Of a stretch of DNA of 64,000 bases, positions 9,098 through 18,313 are shown one piece after another. How positions within the stretch are numbered: position 1 is the stretch's first letter; each line of letters starts with the position of its first letter. A program made the translations under genes and the position numbers. The DNA is taken from positions 1 to 64,000 of IMG/VR virus record IMGVR_UViG_3300020202_000061; one strand, written 5' to 3'. A model generated the notes under the pieces. That model saw only the letters and a list, made by a program, of their open reading frames with translations. It had not been told where the DNA came from and did no database searches.

Positions 9098-10398
9098 CAC
9101 ATCACCATGATCTTGCCTACGGAACTCTCCATGAGATGGCCGAGTTCGTGATTGATGATCTTCTCGAACAGTTTGACGGAGCGGTTCAACTCCTGGACGC
9201 TACCCTCCAGGACGGCGTCGTCGTAGTGGTATTCCCCAGATTCATTCGGACGCCCCCAGGGGAGTTCCGAGGGGAGATTCGCGTTGAATACGGTTCGACC
9301 CAGCAGCATATACTGGGTGACGGCCTCCACCAGGAATTCACCGGGGTTGTTCAGGTTGCCATCGCGTGCGGCACGGGTGGTTCCCAGAACGTGGCAGATC
9401 GCCCGCACATAGGTGTTGCGGTACCAGGGACTGGCAAAGTCCTTCAGAGCCTCGGGATGTGCTTCCGCATCCAAATGATACTGCTTCAGGGTTTCCTCCA
9501 GGAACTCTCTGAACATCCCTGAAATTTTCCCACCCTGTGTGGTCATCAACAGGACGTGGGCGATACGGTGAGCGACCATCCAGGGCGAACGCAGGCTGAC
9601 AAATCCAACATCCGTCGCCAAGTTGTTCGCGATCACGATGGTGATCGACTGCTTCTGATCGGGCATCCGGAGGACACGACGAGCCGCGTCCGGACCGATA
9701 TGCAGACCGAGATTCCGAGGCCGTACCACACCCAGGAGAAGATTGCCGGGTCCACGCGTCTCCTCCGTGTTGGGATGACCCTCACTGGTCCAGAAATACA
9801 GATTGATCTTCTGTGGCACTTTAAGGAAGCGCCGCTCGATCTTCTTCAGCACGCCAGGATCATTCAGAGCCTTGACATCGACTGGTCGATAATCCGGGCG
9901 GAACTTCTCCTTCGGGCCGGTCCAGGTCTGCTGCTGGATCAGGTTGTTCGCGTTGAAATCGGGGTCTACCTGCATCGCATTGATCGGGGCCTCCGCCACC
10001 ATCCGAGTGGGACTCTTCATGAACTCGCGGATGAACGCGTTGGCCTTGCCGATGTCGGTGAAATCTCCATACCTGTCCTGCCCAGTGGTCCGTTCCGCAT
10101 CCACTCCGATCTCGTCCGGGTCCATCGTCCTGATGAGTTCGAGCACCGCATAGAGTGCACGATTCGTCACGGTCTCGATCAGGAAGTCGATCTCCAACCG
10201 GGTGTAACTCTGAACCACACGAACCCAACCCTTCCTCAGGGCCGCAACACGTCCCGCCACGGGCGAACCCTGGAAGCGGACGTTTGCCTCGTAATCGTGC
10301 TCCTGGAAGCCCACGTTGATGAACTCACCCTGATCGGTGATCCAGTAGCCGTAATCGGTCTCGGGGATGGCCCCCTCTAGGAGTTGGAGCAGTCTCAT
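9097..10398 (-). CDS. Putative internal head polyprotein: GWI-H-GWIR domain + HRxxH domain
   Basis: MRLLQLLE leader; YGYWITDQG..H..GWVRV; MVAE linker; PWMVAHRIAH. Confidence 0.75.
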   Translation of the reverse strand: MRLLQLLEGAIPETDYGYWITDQGEFINVGFQEHDYEANVRFQGSPVAGRVAALRKGWVRVVQSYTRLEIDFLIETVTNRALYAVLELIRTMDPDEIGVDAERTTGQDRYGDFTDIGKANAFIREFMKSPTRMVAEAPINAMQVDPDFNANNLIQQQTWTGPKEKFRPDYRPVDVKALNDPGVLKKIERRFLKVPQKINLYFWTSEGHPNTEETRGPGNLLLGVVRPRNLGLHIGPDAARRVLRMPDQKQSITIVIANNLATDVGFVSLRSPWMVAHRIAHVLLMTTQGGKISGMFREFLEETLKQYHLDAEAHPEALKDFASPWYRNTYVRAICHVLGTTRAARDGNLNNPGEFLVEAVTQYMLLGRTVFNANLPSELPWGRPNESGEYHYDDAVLEGSVQELNRSVKLFEKIINHELGHLMESSVGKIMVM

Positions 10399-11597
10399 AC
10401 GCGTGCCTCCGGCCGGAGCTTCATCAGGTCACGAACGAACGCGTTGGCCTCGGCCTCACCATCGAATCTATGCGTGGGCGGGGTAGCCCCGAGCAGATCA
10501 AAAGTGACGCGGATGGGTTCGGGCCAGGGGTCACTCTGCTTGATCAGTTTCAATACCCCATAGAGGGCAAGCTTCCGCACACTCCTTGGGTTCAGATCGA
10601 AGTCCAGATAGCGCGGTTCCGTCACGACCCTGATCCACCCCGCCTTGTAGGCGCGGACGATCCGATTCAGACCCTCACCCTTAGGGAAATACTGATCCGA
10701 GACGACCTGATGGAACTGACCGCGCACCGGAATGAATTTGCCCTCGGCGGTGATCCAGTAGCCGTAGGAGGTGAACGGGATTTCCTCCTCGGTGATCTGA
10801 CCCTTCAGGAGGGCGCGAATAGCCTGGGTGAGCTTCTGACGGGTCATTTCCCCACCCGCTTTTCCAGTCTCCAGATAGCAATTATTGGTCTCGGCGTTCT
10901 TGATTAGCGCTAGAAGACTTTTCAACGCGTCTTTTGTGGCGTATCTGGGATCGAGTTCGACATCAAATTCATGTCCGTTATCGATGACTCTGATCCACCC
11001 TGAACGCTTCGCCACACCTGTGCCATCCGTAAGCTTCTCCATAGGGATGCCAAAGGCTTTACGTGCGTCTCTTTCATGTTGTTCATGTGCGACTGCATGC
11101 ACCTTACCCTGCGCGTCGATCCAATACCCATACGGAGACCAATCGTGGTTTTCCGCCACCATCTGGGGTCGCCGCTTCCCGAGGAGGAAACGCATGAAAT
11201 ACTTGGTGAGTTCTTGCTTGGTCGGGTAGTGCCGACGCTTGAACTTGGGCTGGTCGTAGGCGAACCGCACATCGAACGCGATCTGGTTGTCGTCGTGAAT
11301 CTGATGGATGTAGGGGAGCACCGCACGCAGCGCCTCGGCCGTGCACGTCTTGGGATCGCGCACCGCGATGCTCACGCCGTTACGGTCGATGATCCTGATC
11401 CAGCCCAGACGGTATGCCTGTTCGTAACCGGTAATTCCGGGTGTGGTTATCTCCTCCGGATGCCTCTGAAAATACCTGTGAGCAACCATCGCATGGCTCT
11501 CGTAGGGCACCTCCAGATACTCACCATGATGGGTGATCCAGTAACCGTATTCGGTATCGGGGATGTTGGCCTCAATCAGGAGGTCGAGCAGTCTCAT
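10395..11597 (-). CDS. Putative internal head polyprotein: 3x GWI-H-GWIR domain
   Basis: Start reassigned to ATG 11597 (MRLLDLLIE, ATGA overlap); three YGYWI modules linked by MVAE and QITE. Confidence 0.75.
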   Translation of the reverse strand: MRLLDLLIEANIPDTEYGYWITHHGEYLEVPYESHAMVAHRYFQRHPEEITTPGITGYEQAYRLGWIRIIDRNGVSIAVRDPKTCTAEALRAVLPYIHQIHDDNQIAFDVRFAYDQPKFKRRHYPTKQELTKYFMRFLLGKRRPQMVAENHDWSPYGYWIDAQGKVHAVAHEQHERDARKAFGIPMEKLTDGTGVAKRSGWIRVIDNGHEFDVELDPRYATKDALKSLLALIKNAETNNCYLETGKAGGEMTRQKLTQAIRALLKGQITEEEIPFTSYGYWITAEGKFIPVRGQFHQVVSDQYFPKGEGLNRIVRAYKAGWIRVVTEPRYLDFDLNPRSVRKLALYGVLKLIKQSDPWPEPIRVTFDLLGATPPTHRFDGEAEANAFVRDLMKLRPEARV

Positions 11598-12910
11598 GCC
11601 GCTTTCCCCCTCTGACGGTTCGCCTTGTAGAGTTCCCGGAAATACTGATAGAGTTGGTTCTTGGTCGGGTAGCTTCCCCATGGGGGCAACTTGAAACCAC
11701 GTCCTATATCGAAAATGATCGTGTGGGGATCACGCCGATCATCCACCCCACGAATGAAGGGGAGGATTGCGCGGGCTGCGGCCGGTGCAACATCTCTGGG
11801 GTCCAGGATCGACACGTGCACGTAATCGTTGGGATCATTCGGGTCGATGATCCTGATCCAGCCCTTCTTGTAGGCGGTCTCGAACACCCCAAGCTCTCGG
11901 GTATTGCCCTCATGGGGATTCTGTTCGAACCACTGCTGCGCCGTCCAATGATGGGCCTCGTCGTCCACCTGGAGATACTCCCCGGTGTGGGTGATCCAGT
12001 AGCCATAGTAGGTGCCGGGGATATCCACGGCCTCCGCCACATTCCTGCGAGAGGTGGAGAAGAACAACTTCTTGAAAAACTGCATGACCTCGGCCTTCTC
12101 CGGTCGATGCGGCTTTGTGAAATTCAGACTCGTGTGCGGATCGTACACGTCCAGGTAGATCGTGGTGGCATCGGTCTGGGCGAGATAGCCCAGAACCGTA
12201 TTCAGGGCTTCGCGGGTGAGCTTCTTCGGGTCTTCCACGCTGATGTGGATGACGTGCTCCAGATTGCCTCCGGCACGAACCGTATACTTCTGCTGGTCCA
12301 CGATCCTGATCCAACCACGTTCATAAGCCGTGGTGATTGTGTGATCGTAGGTGAGGTGGCTGTAATCGATTCCTAGATGACGGGCCGCGACCGCACCATG
12401 AGCCTCAGCCGGAACCGGAATCATTCTGCCCCGGTCGGTGATCCAGTAGCCATAGTCGGTCTCGGGAATCTCCATCTCCATCAGGGTGGATTCCCTGACA
12501 ATCTGACGCCGCATCTGATTGAGCCAGCGTAGTGCCCGCCTAGCGTCTGGGAACTCGTCGTAGGTGTTGTTGAGTTGAATCCCGATTAGGCGACCGTCCA
12601 CGATGTCCTTGATCAGTCTCTTCATGCCCCGGAGCGCATTCTTGGTGGTGTTGCGACTGACCTCGAATGCCACCTCACGATTGGACGAACTCACCCTGAT
12701 CCAACCCGCTTTGAACGCGTATCCGTAGTGCTCGGCTTCGACCAAGTCGTATACCGACTGGCCCTTCTGGAGCGGCCCATGATCGCGCAGAATATCATCG
12801 GCGAAGTATTCGGACACGATTATCTCATGACTTCCCGATAGGAACTTGCCCTCGGACGTGATCCATCCGTAGATGGTTTGGGATTCGGTGAGGAAGTCGA
12901 GCAGTCTCAT
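11594..12910 (-). CDS. Putative internal head polyprotein: 3x GWI-H-GWIR domain
   Basis: MRLLDFLTE leader; three modules linked by IVRE/TLME and NVAE. Confidence 0.75.
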   Translation of the reverse strand: MRLLDFLTESQTIYGWITSEGKFLSGSHEIIVSEYFADDILRDHGPLQKGQSVYDLVEAEHYGYAFKAGWIRVSSSNREVAFEVSRNTTKNALRGMKRLIKDIVDGRLIGIQLNNTYDEFPDARRALRWLNQMRRQIVRESTLMEMEIPETDYGYWITDRGRMIPVPAEAHGAVAARHLGIDYSHLTYDHTITTAYERGWIRIVDQQKYTVRAGGNLEHVIHISVEDPKKLTREALNTVLGYLAQTDATTIYLDVYDPHTSLNFTKPHRPEKAEVMQFFKKLFFSTSRRNVAEAVDIPGTYYGYWITHTGEYLQVDDEAHHWTAQQWFEQNPHEGNTRELGVFETAYKKGWIRIIDPNDPNDYVHVSILDPRDVAPAAARAILPFIRGVDDRRDPHTIIFDIGRGFKLPPWGSYPTKNQLYQYFRELYKANRQRGKAA

Positions 12911-15033
12911 TGCCGATCCCTCACGAAAGCCACACCACGAATTCCGTTCCAGGCCCCGGACATCCGGTAACGACCATCATCCTTAAGGAGTTCGAAACGA
13001 TATCCCTGAGGGGTCCACCCCGCGTAGTTTTTCGCGTTGAATTCGTTGCGCTTGGCATCCTCCCCGTTGATCTCCAACACGGCGGGTTTCACGCGCTGGA
13101 TGAACTCCAGGGTGATTCGCTTGAGCATCTCCGTGATCTTCGGGAACAGTCCGGTCCCACCCTGGGGACGCTTCCCAATCACACGCCAGACCCTGAAATA
13201 ATGATCATCCGGATCGAACGGACCGCGCAGGAACCGGGCCTCAAAATCGTACGGACCGATCCGGAACTGAGCAGTGTTCTGGTCCTCCCAGTAGTAGCGA
13301 TCCTGAACGGGCTGATCCTCCAGCAGTCTGGGCTGATGATACCTGAAGAAGTAAATCCGATATTCCGGATAGGCACGACGCAACACCTTATGGACGTAAT
13401 CCAGACGGTGCTCGTCCATCGGGCGTCGATCATCCGGATCGCGAATGCTGATCATCTTTCGTCGATCATCAATACGACCCACGGCCAGGGCGTTCCCTGC
13501 CTCATCCGGATTGTGCATGGACCGGGACACACCCTGATCCTTCACGGTCTTCAATTTCCCACCCGGCATCACATAGAACATCAACCCACCCCTGTGATGA
13601 CCGATGTCGAAATAGTGGAGACGCTCGTCCTCCATGATCTGCCTGATCTCACTCGCGCCTTTTCCGAAGTACCAAATCTCATACTCCGGGTATTGCTGAC
13701 GAAGCTTCTTCGCGGCGAACTCGATGGTGCGCTCGGGCAGATCGAAGTAGGAGTTTCCCGGAGCCAATGGGGTGCGGATGCTGATCTTCTTTCGGAGATC
13801 ATCGATACGTCCCACCGCGAGGGTATTCTCCTCGATCTCGGGATTGTGGTTCATCAACCCATCACGCTCATCACTGACAGACTCGAAGTCTTCAGGGGTG
13901 GCACCGACCATCATGTAGCCGACATCATCGACGATGAGCTTTCCACCCTTCAGGAGGTACCAGAGTTTGGCCCCACGGTAGTGGCCGATCTCCTGGTAGT
14001 TATCCCAGGATTCGTGGATCACATCCCGCTGGGGATTGAACCCGCTCTGAATGGCCCGCTTGATCTGGTTCGGATAGAACGCGAGCCAGACAGTTTCAGA
14101 CCCACCTGAAGAATTGTTCTCTTCGAACATAACCCCATCGAAGCCCGCAGCTTTAATGGCCTGGACGAACCATTCGCCTTCCTTATCGTCGAAAAACTCC
14201 CAGGTGTTCTGGGGATTGCCAATGTAATTCTCCATCCAATCCATATCCACGCCTTGGGCGGCAAGCTTCTGGACATCCTTCCAATAGATGCCAGCCTCGT
14301 AAGTAATTCTCAATGGATTCTGGATGCTCAGATAGACCGGGATCACTCCACCCTTGCCACGATGTCTGGGTTGGTTCACAAATTCCCTGGCGAACGCTTC
14401 GTTCTCGGCGAAGTAAAATCCGTGGCGCTGCACCTCCACGGGAATACCCATGAACGTGGTGAATCCTTTACGATTCTCAAACTTATCGAAGAGCGGGCTC
14501 GGGGTGCCATGGAACACCACTAGGGGATTTCCCTGCTGGTCCACGACCTTGCTCTGCTTGAACCACGCACGAAATTGGGGGCTCTGGATAAGTGAAGGCT
14601 GTACATCTTCACGAAGGCTGCTCTTGAATTTTTCAAGCGCCTCATGACCGCGAATCTTCGAGATGATTTTGACCTGACGGGGATCGAACGCGACATACTC
14701 TTGCTGACCATTCGGATATTGGCCAATCATGCTGTCATACCCGGCCGCTTCCAATTCGTCACGGCGCTTCGGACTGACCGACTGGAACGTCTTGGCATCG
14801 GTCCGGTGATAGGGATTCTGAAATAGGAGTTCGGCCTGGATCACGATGGGCTCATCCCCATCGACTTCCGAATCCATCATAGCGTAATCCAACGCGTCCT
14901 TGAAGGACGGACTGAAATAGGCTCCCACGCCGAATGCTCCGCCTTGTCGGCGAAACTCATCCTTATCGATGGCCGTGCCATGATAGCCCACAAGCGGTGT
15001 GATGTTGGTTTCGAGCAGGTCTAGGAGCCTCAT
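12907..15033 (-). CDS. Polyvalent protein: 2x ADP-ribosyltransferase (ART-PolyVal-like) + 2x IGH domain + C-terminal domain
   Basis: MRLLDLLE leader; GYHGT..GVGAYFS..AGYDSM..EYVAFDPRQVK and FRAWFKQSKVVDQQGNPLVVFHGT..GFYFA..AGFDGV..AFYPNQIK; duplicated IGH..GGKL..HNP..LAVGRIDD..ISIR. Confidence 0.75.
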   Translation of the reverse strand: MRLLDLLETNITPLVGYHGTAIDKDEFRRQGGAFGVGAYFSPSFKDALDYAMMDSEVDGDEPIVIQAELLFQNPYHRTDAKTFQSVSPKRRDELEAAGYDSMIGQYPNGQQEYVAFDPRQVKIISKIRGHEALEKFKSSLREDVQPSLIQSPQFRAWFKQSKVVDQQGNPLVVFHGTPSPLFDKFENRKGFTTFMGIPVEVQRHGFYFAENEAFAREFVNQPRHRGKGGVIPVYLSIQNPLRITYEAGIYWKDVQKLAAQGVDMDWMENYIGNPQNTWEFFDDKEGEWFVQAIKAAGFDGVMFEENNSSGGSETVWLAFYPNQIKRAIQSGFNPQRDVIHESWDNYQEIGHYRGAKLWYLLKGGKLIVDDVGYMMVGATPEDFESVSDERDGLMNHNPEIEENTLAVGRIDDLRKKISIRTPLAPGNSYFDLPERTIEFAAKKLRQQYPEYEIWYFGKGASEIRQIMEDERLHYFDIGHHRGGLMFYVMPGGKLKTVKDQGVSRSMHNPDEAGNALAVGRIDDRRKMISIRDPDDRRPMDEHRLDYVHKVLRRAYPEYRIYFFRYHQPRLLEDQPVQDRYYWEDQNTAQFRIGPYDFEARFLRGPFDPDDHYFRVWRVIGKRPQGGTGLFPKITEMLKRITLEFIQRVKPAVLEINGEDAKRNEFNAKNYAGWTPQGYRFELLKDDGRYRMSGAWNGIRGVAFVRDRQ

Positions 15034-16178
15034 GTCGTGTGCAGCCCCAGCTTCTTGCGCTCGTCCTCATCCCCGGTCGGATCGGAACGCTTCTCACGGT
15101 CCGTGATCACATCATGGATCGAACGTAGCTCGAACTTGCGCTCGCGATCCTTCTCGGAGCGATCCCGCAGGAAGTCGCGGAACTTGGCGGTCCAGTTGTA
15201 GGGTTGCCACTCACGCTTGTTGTCGATCTCTCGAAGCTTCCACTTCCCACCCTGAAGGCGATAGAGACGATTCGGCACAAAATCGATGCGGAGGAACCAG
15301 TCCCCTTCGATGGCATTGGCCGGGAATGTCGTGCCCTGGGTCACGGGCAGACCATTATCGGGCTTGCCATCGTCGTTCCAACGATACGGCTTTCTCCGAG
15401 GGTGATCCGGGTCGAACCACATGATGGTGGTGTCGTACCACGTGGTGTAGGCGTGCTCGTTTGCGAGCCGCTGGTTCGCCTCGGTCAGTGCCATGTCCTG
15501 AGCCTGGGTCCGGGCTTGTTCGGCCAGAGTCTTTCCGTACTGGTCCTTGCGCTCGAACAGATCGAGGAACTCCTGCTGGTGACGGAGCGGCTTCAGGACC
15601 ACACCCATGATGTGTCTGATCCACATCGGGTCCACCCCGTTCGGTGCCCACGCGTGCTTCCGCACCTCATACCACTTGTTGGCCACTCGACCGTTCTGAT
15701 CGACATCACGGAGGTGGGGCATCTCGATCACGTCGCCCGGAATCAATCGGCGACCGAGTTCGGCCTCCATCGTGTTCACATGGAGTTCCAGCGTGATGAT
15801 GTCGTTGGCCAAGGCCATACCGAACTTGGCGTATTCGAGTTCGAACTGGCTGATCTGGTAGACCCCACGAAGCATGGGGATCACCTCGAAGTCATACTCA
15901 CGGTCGCGGTTCTCACCGAGGATCGTGTCCTGCAACCCCATGAACGCACCGATCCGGGTCGGTTCCTCCACCCGGTTTTTATCATCCACCTTCACGTTCA
16001 GGGCATCGCGATCCTGCGCGAATACCCCCTTCATCCTGTAGACGTTGACCAGGACCCCACCCATGTTGATGTGATCCTTCACGATGTCCCGGATGAACGC
16101 GGAGGTTTTCCGGGGCGCACCACCGTGGGTACCCGCCTCATACAGTTCGAACGGCTTCACCGGAGAAAACTTTGGCAT
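15030..16178 (-). CDS. Neck / head completion protein (T4 gp14-like)
   Basis: LQDTILGENRDREYD, LRGVYQI, KFGM, LGRRLIPGDVIEMPHLRD; adjacent to the gp13-like gene. Confidence 0.75.
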   Translation of the reverse strand: MPKFSPVKPFELYEAGTHGGAPRKTSAFIRDIVKDHINMGGVLVNVYRMKGVFAQDRDALNVKVDDKNRVEEPTRIGAFMGLQDTILGENRDREYDFEVIPMLRGVYQISQFELEYAKFGMALANDIITLELHVNTMEAELGRRLIPGDVIEMPHLRDVDQNGRVANKWYEVRKHAWAPNGVDPMWIRHIMGVVLKPLRHQQEFLDLFERKDQYGKTLAEQARTQAQDMALTEANQRLANEHAYTTWYDTTIMWFDPDHPRRKPYRWNDDGKPDNGLPVTQGTTFPANAIEGDWFLRIDFVPNRLYRLQGGKWKLREIDNKREWQPYNWTAKFRDFLRDRSEKDRERKFELRSIHDVITDREKRSDPTGDEDERKKLGLHTT

Positions 16179-16184
16179 CGGGGG

Positions 16185-17000
16185 TTATCCTCGGATCGGC
16201 AATGGAATCTCGGAGTTGTCCGCGTAGAGTCTCAAATCCTCTTCCAGCTTCTCGCACTCATCCAGGCCGGACTGCTTCAGGGCATCACCCTTCAGGGTGG
16301 TTCCGCCTTGAGCGCCCGGCAGCGATCCGAACAACGAGTACTTCTCACCGAGGTGAATCTTCAGCTTTGCCAGGGTGAATCGTTGGAGCCAGTTATAGGC
16401 TTGGTGATCGTTGAGGAGTTCCTCATACCGCTTCATCACCCAAATCTTCAGCCCGACCGTCTCCTTCACGCGCGGGGTCTGGGTGATGATCAGGGTGTGG
16501 TTCTCGTTGCGGAACCGGAAATGGATGTGGCGGGCGAACAGACGGTCCAAGGTCTCCTGGTACTGCATGAGAAAGTCGTACCGGGCCAAGTCCATCGTCG
16601 CCCCATACTGACCCGCGCCGCCACGGAGCAGGATGTTGGCGGTGGCCGCACCGAACGATTCGAACCGTCCCACACCACCACCGACGCCCCCGAACAATCC
16701 ACGACCACGGAAGATGTACTCGATGTTGTCGATGCGCTCGTTCAACTGATAGACCTGTCGGAGCGGCTCCAGCGTGAGAAACGCATACCGCACGTAGACC
16801 CGTCGAGACCGGGTGACACGATACTGGTTTACGGCCGCCTCGAACGCGATCTGGTAGTCGAGGTCTTCCAGATGGACCGTGATCCGCGCTCCACCCAGTT
16901 GGGTGTTACAGATCAGGAACAGGCGTTCCATCTTCTTTCGGGTTTCCTCGGAGACTTTCTGTCCGAAATCAAGGGGTTCAATCGTGCTAAGGTCGCTCAT
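16185..17000 (-). CDS. Neck protein (T4 gp13-like)
   Basis: Start reassigned to ATG 17000 (GGAG RBS, TAAATA at 17027-32); LGGARITVHL, WLQRFTLAKLKIHLGEKYSLFGSLPGAQGGTTLKGDALK. Confidence 0.85.
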   Translation of the reverse strand: MSDLSTIEPLDFGQKVSEETRKKMERLFLICNTQLGGARITVHLEDLDYQIAFEAAVNQYRVTRSRRVYVRYAFLTLEPLRQVYQLNERIDNIEYIFRGRGLFGGVGGGVGRFESFGAATANILLRGGAGQYGATMDLARYDFLMQYQETLDRLFARHIHFRFRNENHTLIITQTPRVKETVGLKIWVMKRYEELLNDHQAYNWLQRFTLAKLKIHLGEKYSLFGSLPGAQGGTTLKGDALKQSGLDECEKLEEDLRLYADNSEIPLPIRG

Positions 17001-17072
17001 CGGGGTCTCCCCAAGGGGTTTCCCGGTATTTAGGACTTGAATTTGTTTGGGTAATTCCTCATCTCCACAGGG

Positions 17073-17300
17073 ATGAATGAGTTCTTCGATACCCCTTGGA
17101 GCGGCGTTTATTTTGTGGTCCTCGAAGTGGTCACCCTGTGGCACGCCTGGACCTGGGCCAAGTCACAGAACTCGGAGAATTTCTGGGATTTGTTTCTGGG
17201 CAGATTCGCCCTCTGCCAGTTCGCCGCAATGGGCTTCTACCTGATTCTTAACTACTCCACCAAAGTCATGATGGGGTTGCTCAACTGGATGGTTATCTGA
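17073..17300 (+). CDS. Small membrane protein
   Basis: Two hydrophobic segments; coupled to the next ORF. Confidence 0.55.
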   Translation: MNEFFDTPWSGVYFVVLEVVTLWHAWTWAKSQNSENFWDLFLGRFALCQFAAMGFYLILNYSTKVMMGLLNWMVI

Positions 17301-17548
17301 TGTGGGATTATCTCTACGATATCATGGTGCCGCAGACCAGCTACGAATGGATCAAGCTGGTCTGGGTGTTCGCACTGACCTACCTGTTAATCCGATTCAT
17401 GGAGACGGCTTGGTACCAGGCTCGTGGCCTCGTGGGTAAGGTTCTGGCCTATCTCGGGTTCATCCTGGGATTGGTCGTCCTGAACAGCCTGCTGGTGTCG
17501 CCGATCACCGCCCTGATCCTGGGTGTGGAGATCGCCGTAATTCCCTAG
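17300..17548 (+). CDS. Small membrane protein
   Basis: Two hydrophobic segments; TGATG overlap. Confidence 0.55.
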   Translation: MWDYLYDIMVPQTSYEWIKLVWVFALTYLLIRFMETAWYQARGLVGKVLAYLGFILGLVVLNSLLVSPITALILGVEIAVIP

Positions 17549-17988
17549 AGAACCTGAAACAGTCTGTTGGGTCGTTCCAGGCAGGCCAGGGCGTGCTTCC
17601 AGGTGGCCTGTTCATGGTCGTCCCACGGGAGCCACACCAGAAGGTCATCAGGGCCTTGCTGGAGGCTGTGGCGGCGATGGGCGGTGAATTCCACCAGCAT
17701 GCCCTGGCGGAGCACCAGGGGCGGCTGGGCGTGCACCTTGAACACGGGCTGGTTCGTCCTCAGCACCAGGACATAGCCCCAGGGCTCGAACTCCATGTCG
17801 GTATGGGGGAAGATGTTACCCCTGGCCACCAGCACATCCCGATGACCCTGGTCGAACCGCATACGATGGCCGGTCACGCTATTCTCGACGAACTCATCCT
17901 CGACCAGTTGGGCGGCGGCCTCATAGAACGGCCGGACCCAGTCCAGGTCGGTCTGTATCCATCTGAGAGAGGGCTTCATCAGGGGCAT
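17545..17988 (-). CDS. Putative 2OG-Fe(II) oxygenase / cupin-fold protein
   Basis: IFPHTD (HxD) and distal RRHSL, with a beta-rich core. Confidence 0.5.
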   Translation of the reverse strand: MPLMKPSLRWIQTDLDWVRPFYEAAAQLVEDEFVENSVTGHRMRFDQGHRDVLVARGNIFPHTDMEFEPWGYVLVLRTNQPVFKVHAQPPLVLRQGMLVEFTAHRRHSLQQGPDDLLVWLPWDDHEQATWKHALACLERPNRLFQVL

Positions 17989-18102
17989 GGACTAGAATAC
18001 CACAAAACTCCAGGATTGTCCAGGGATGAGGGCAACATCCCCGATATATGGTTGTGAAAACCAAAACAACTAGAAAAATATTGGGGTGCAAAATTAACCA
18101 TT

Positions 18103-18202
18103 AGGACTGCAAAAAGGGTTACAAGTTTTTGCAGTCCTGCTTCTATCCCATTCCTCTTTCAATATAATTTCGAACTGGCGACCCCTGGTTCAGGGGTCGC
18201 CA
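18103..18202. repeat. Two perfect inverted repeats in an AT-rich divergent intergenic region
   Basis: AGGACTGCAAAAA-N10-TTTTTGCAGTCCT (18103-18138) and TGGCGACCCCTG-GTT-CAGGGGTCGCCA (18176-18202). Confidence 0.85.
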
Positions 18203-18313
18203 AGGCCCACCACACACGCATCAATTGAATAACCATGTGATTTTCAACCATCCTCTTGAACTCCTTGAAAATAAAGAGTATATCGGTATTCCTGTAATGC
18301 GGAGATAACGACT

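Noticed and set aside
5498-12910. Diversity-generating retroelement or CRISPR-like origin for the repeated modules
   Set aside because: Copies are similar only at the protein-motif level. There is no near-identical template/variable repeat pair, no reverse transcriptase in the window and no regularly spaced direct repeats.
5917-15033. M-R start as a mere by-product of ATGA stop/start overlap
   Set aside because: The overlap fixes only the first base of codon 2. The motif extends 8-10 residues and also occurs in non-overlapping genes (7437, 34594, 36537, 52387).
15204-17033. 609 aa plus-strand ORF and similar 200-400 aa antisense ORFs elsewhere
   Set aside because: Shadows of real opposite-strand genes in a GC3-rich genome.
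17983-17997. 15-mer GGGCATGGACTAGAA shared with the reverse strand of the 54.5 kb RNA candidate
   Set aside because: A few 15-nt matches are expected by chance in 64 kb over both strands.
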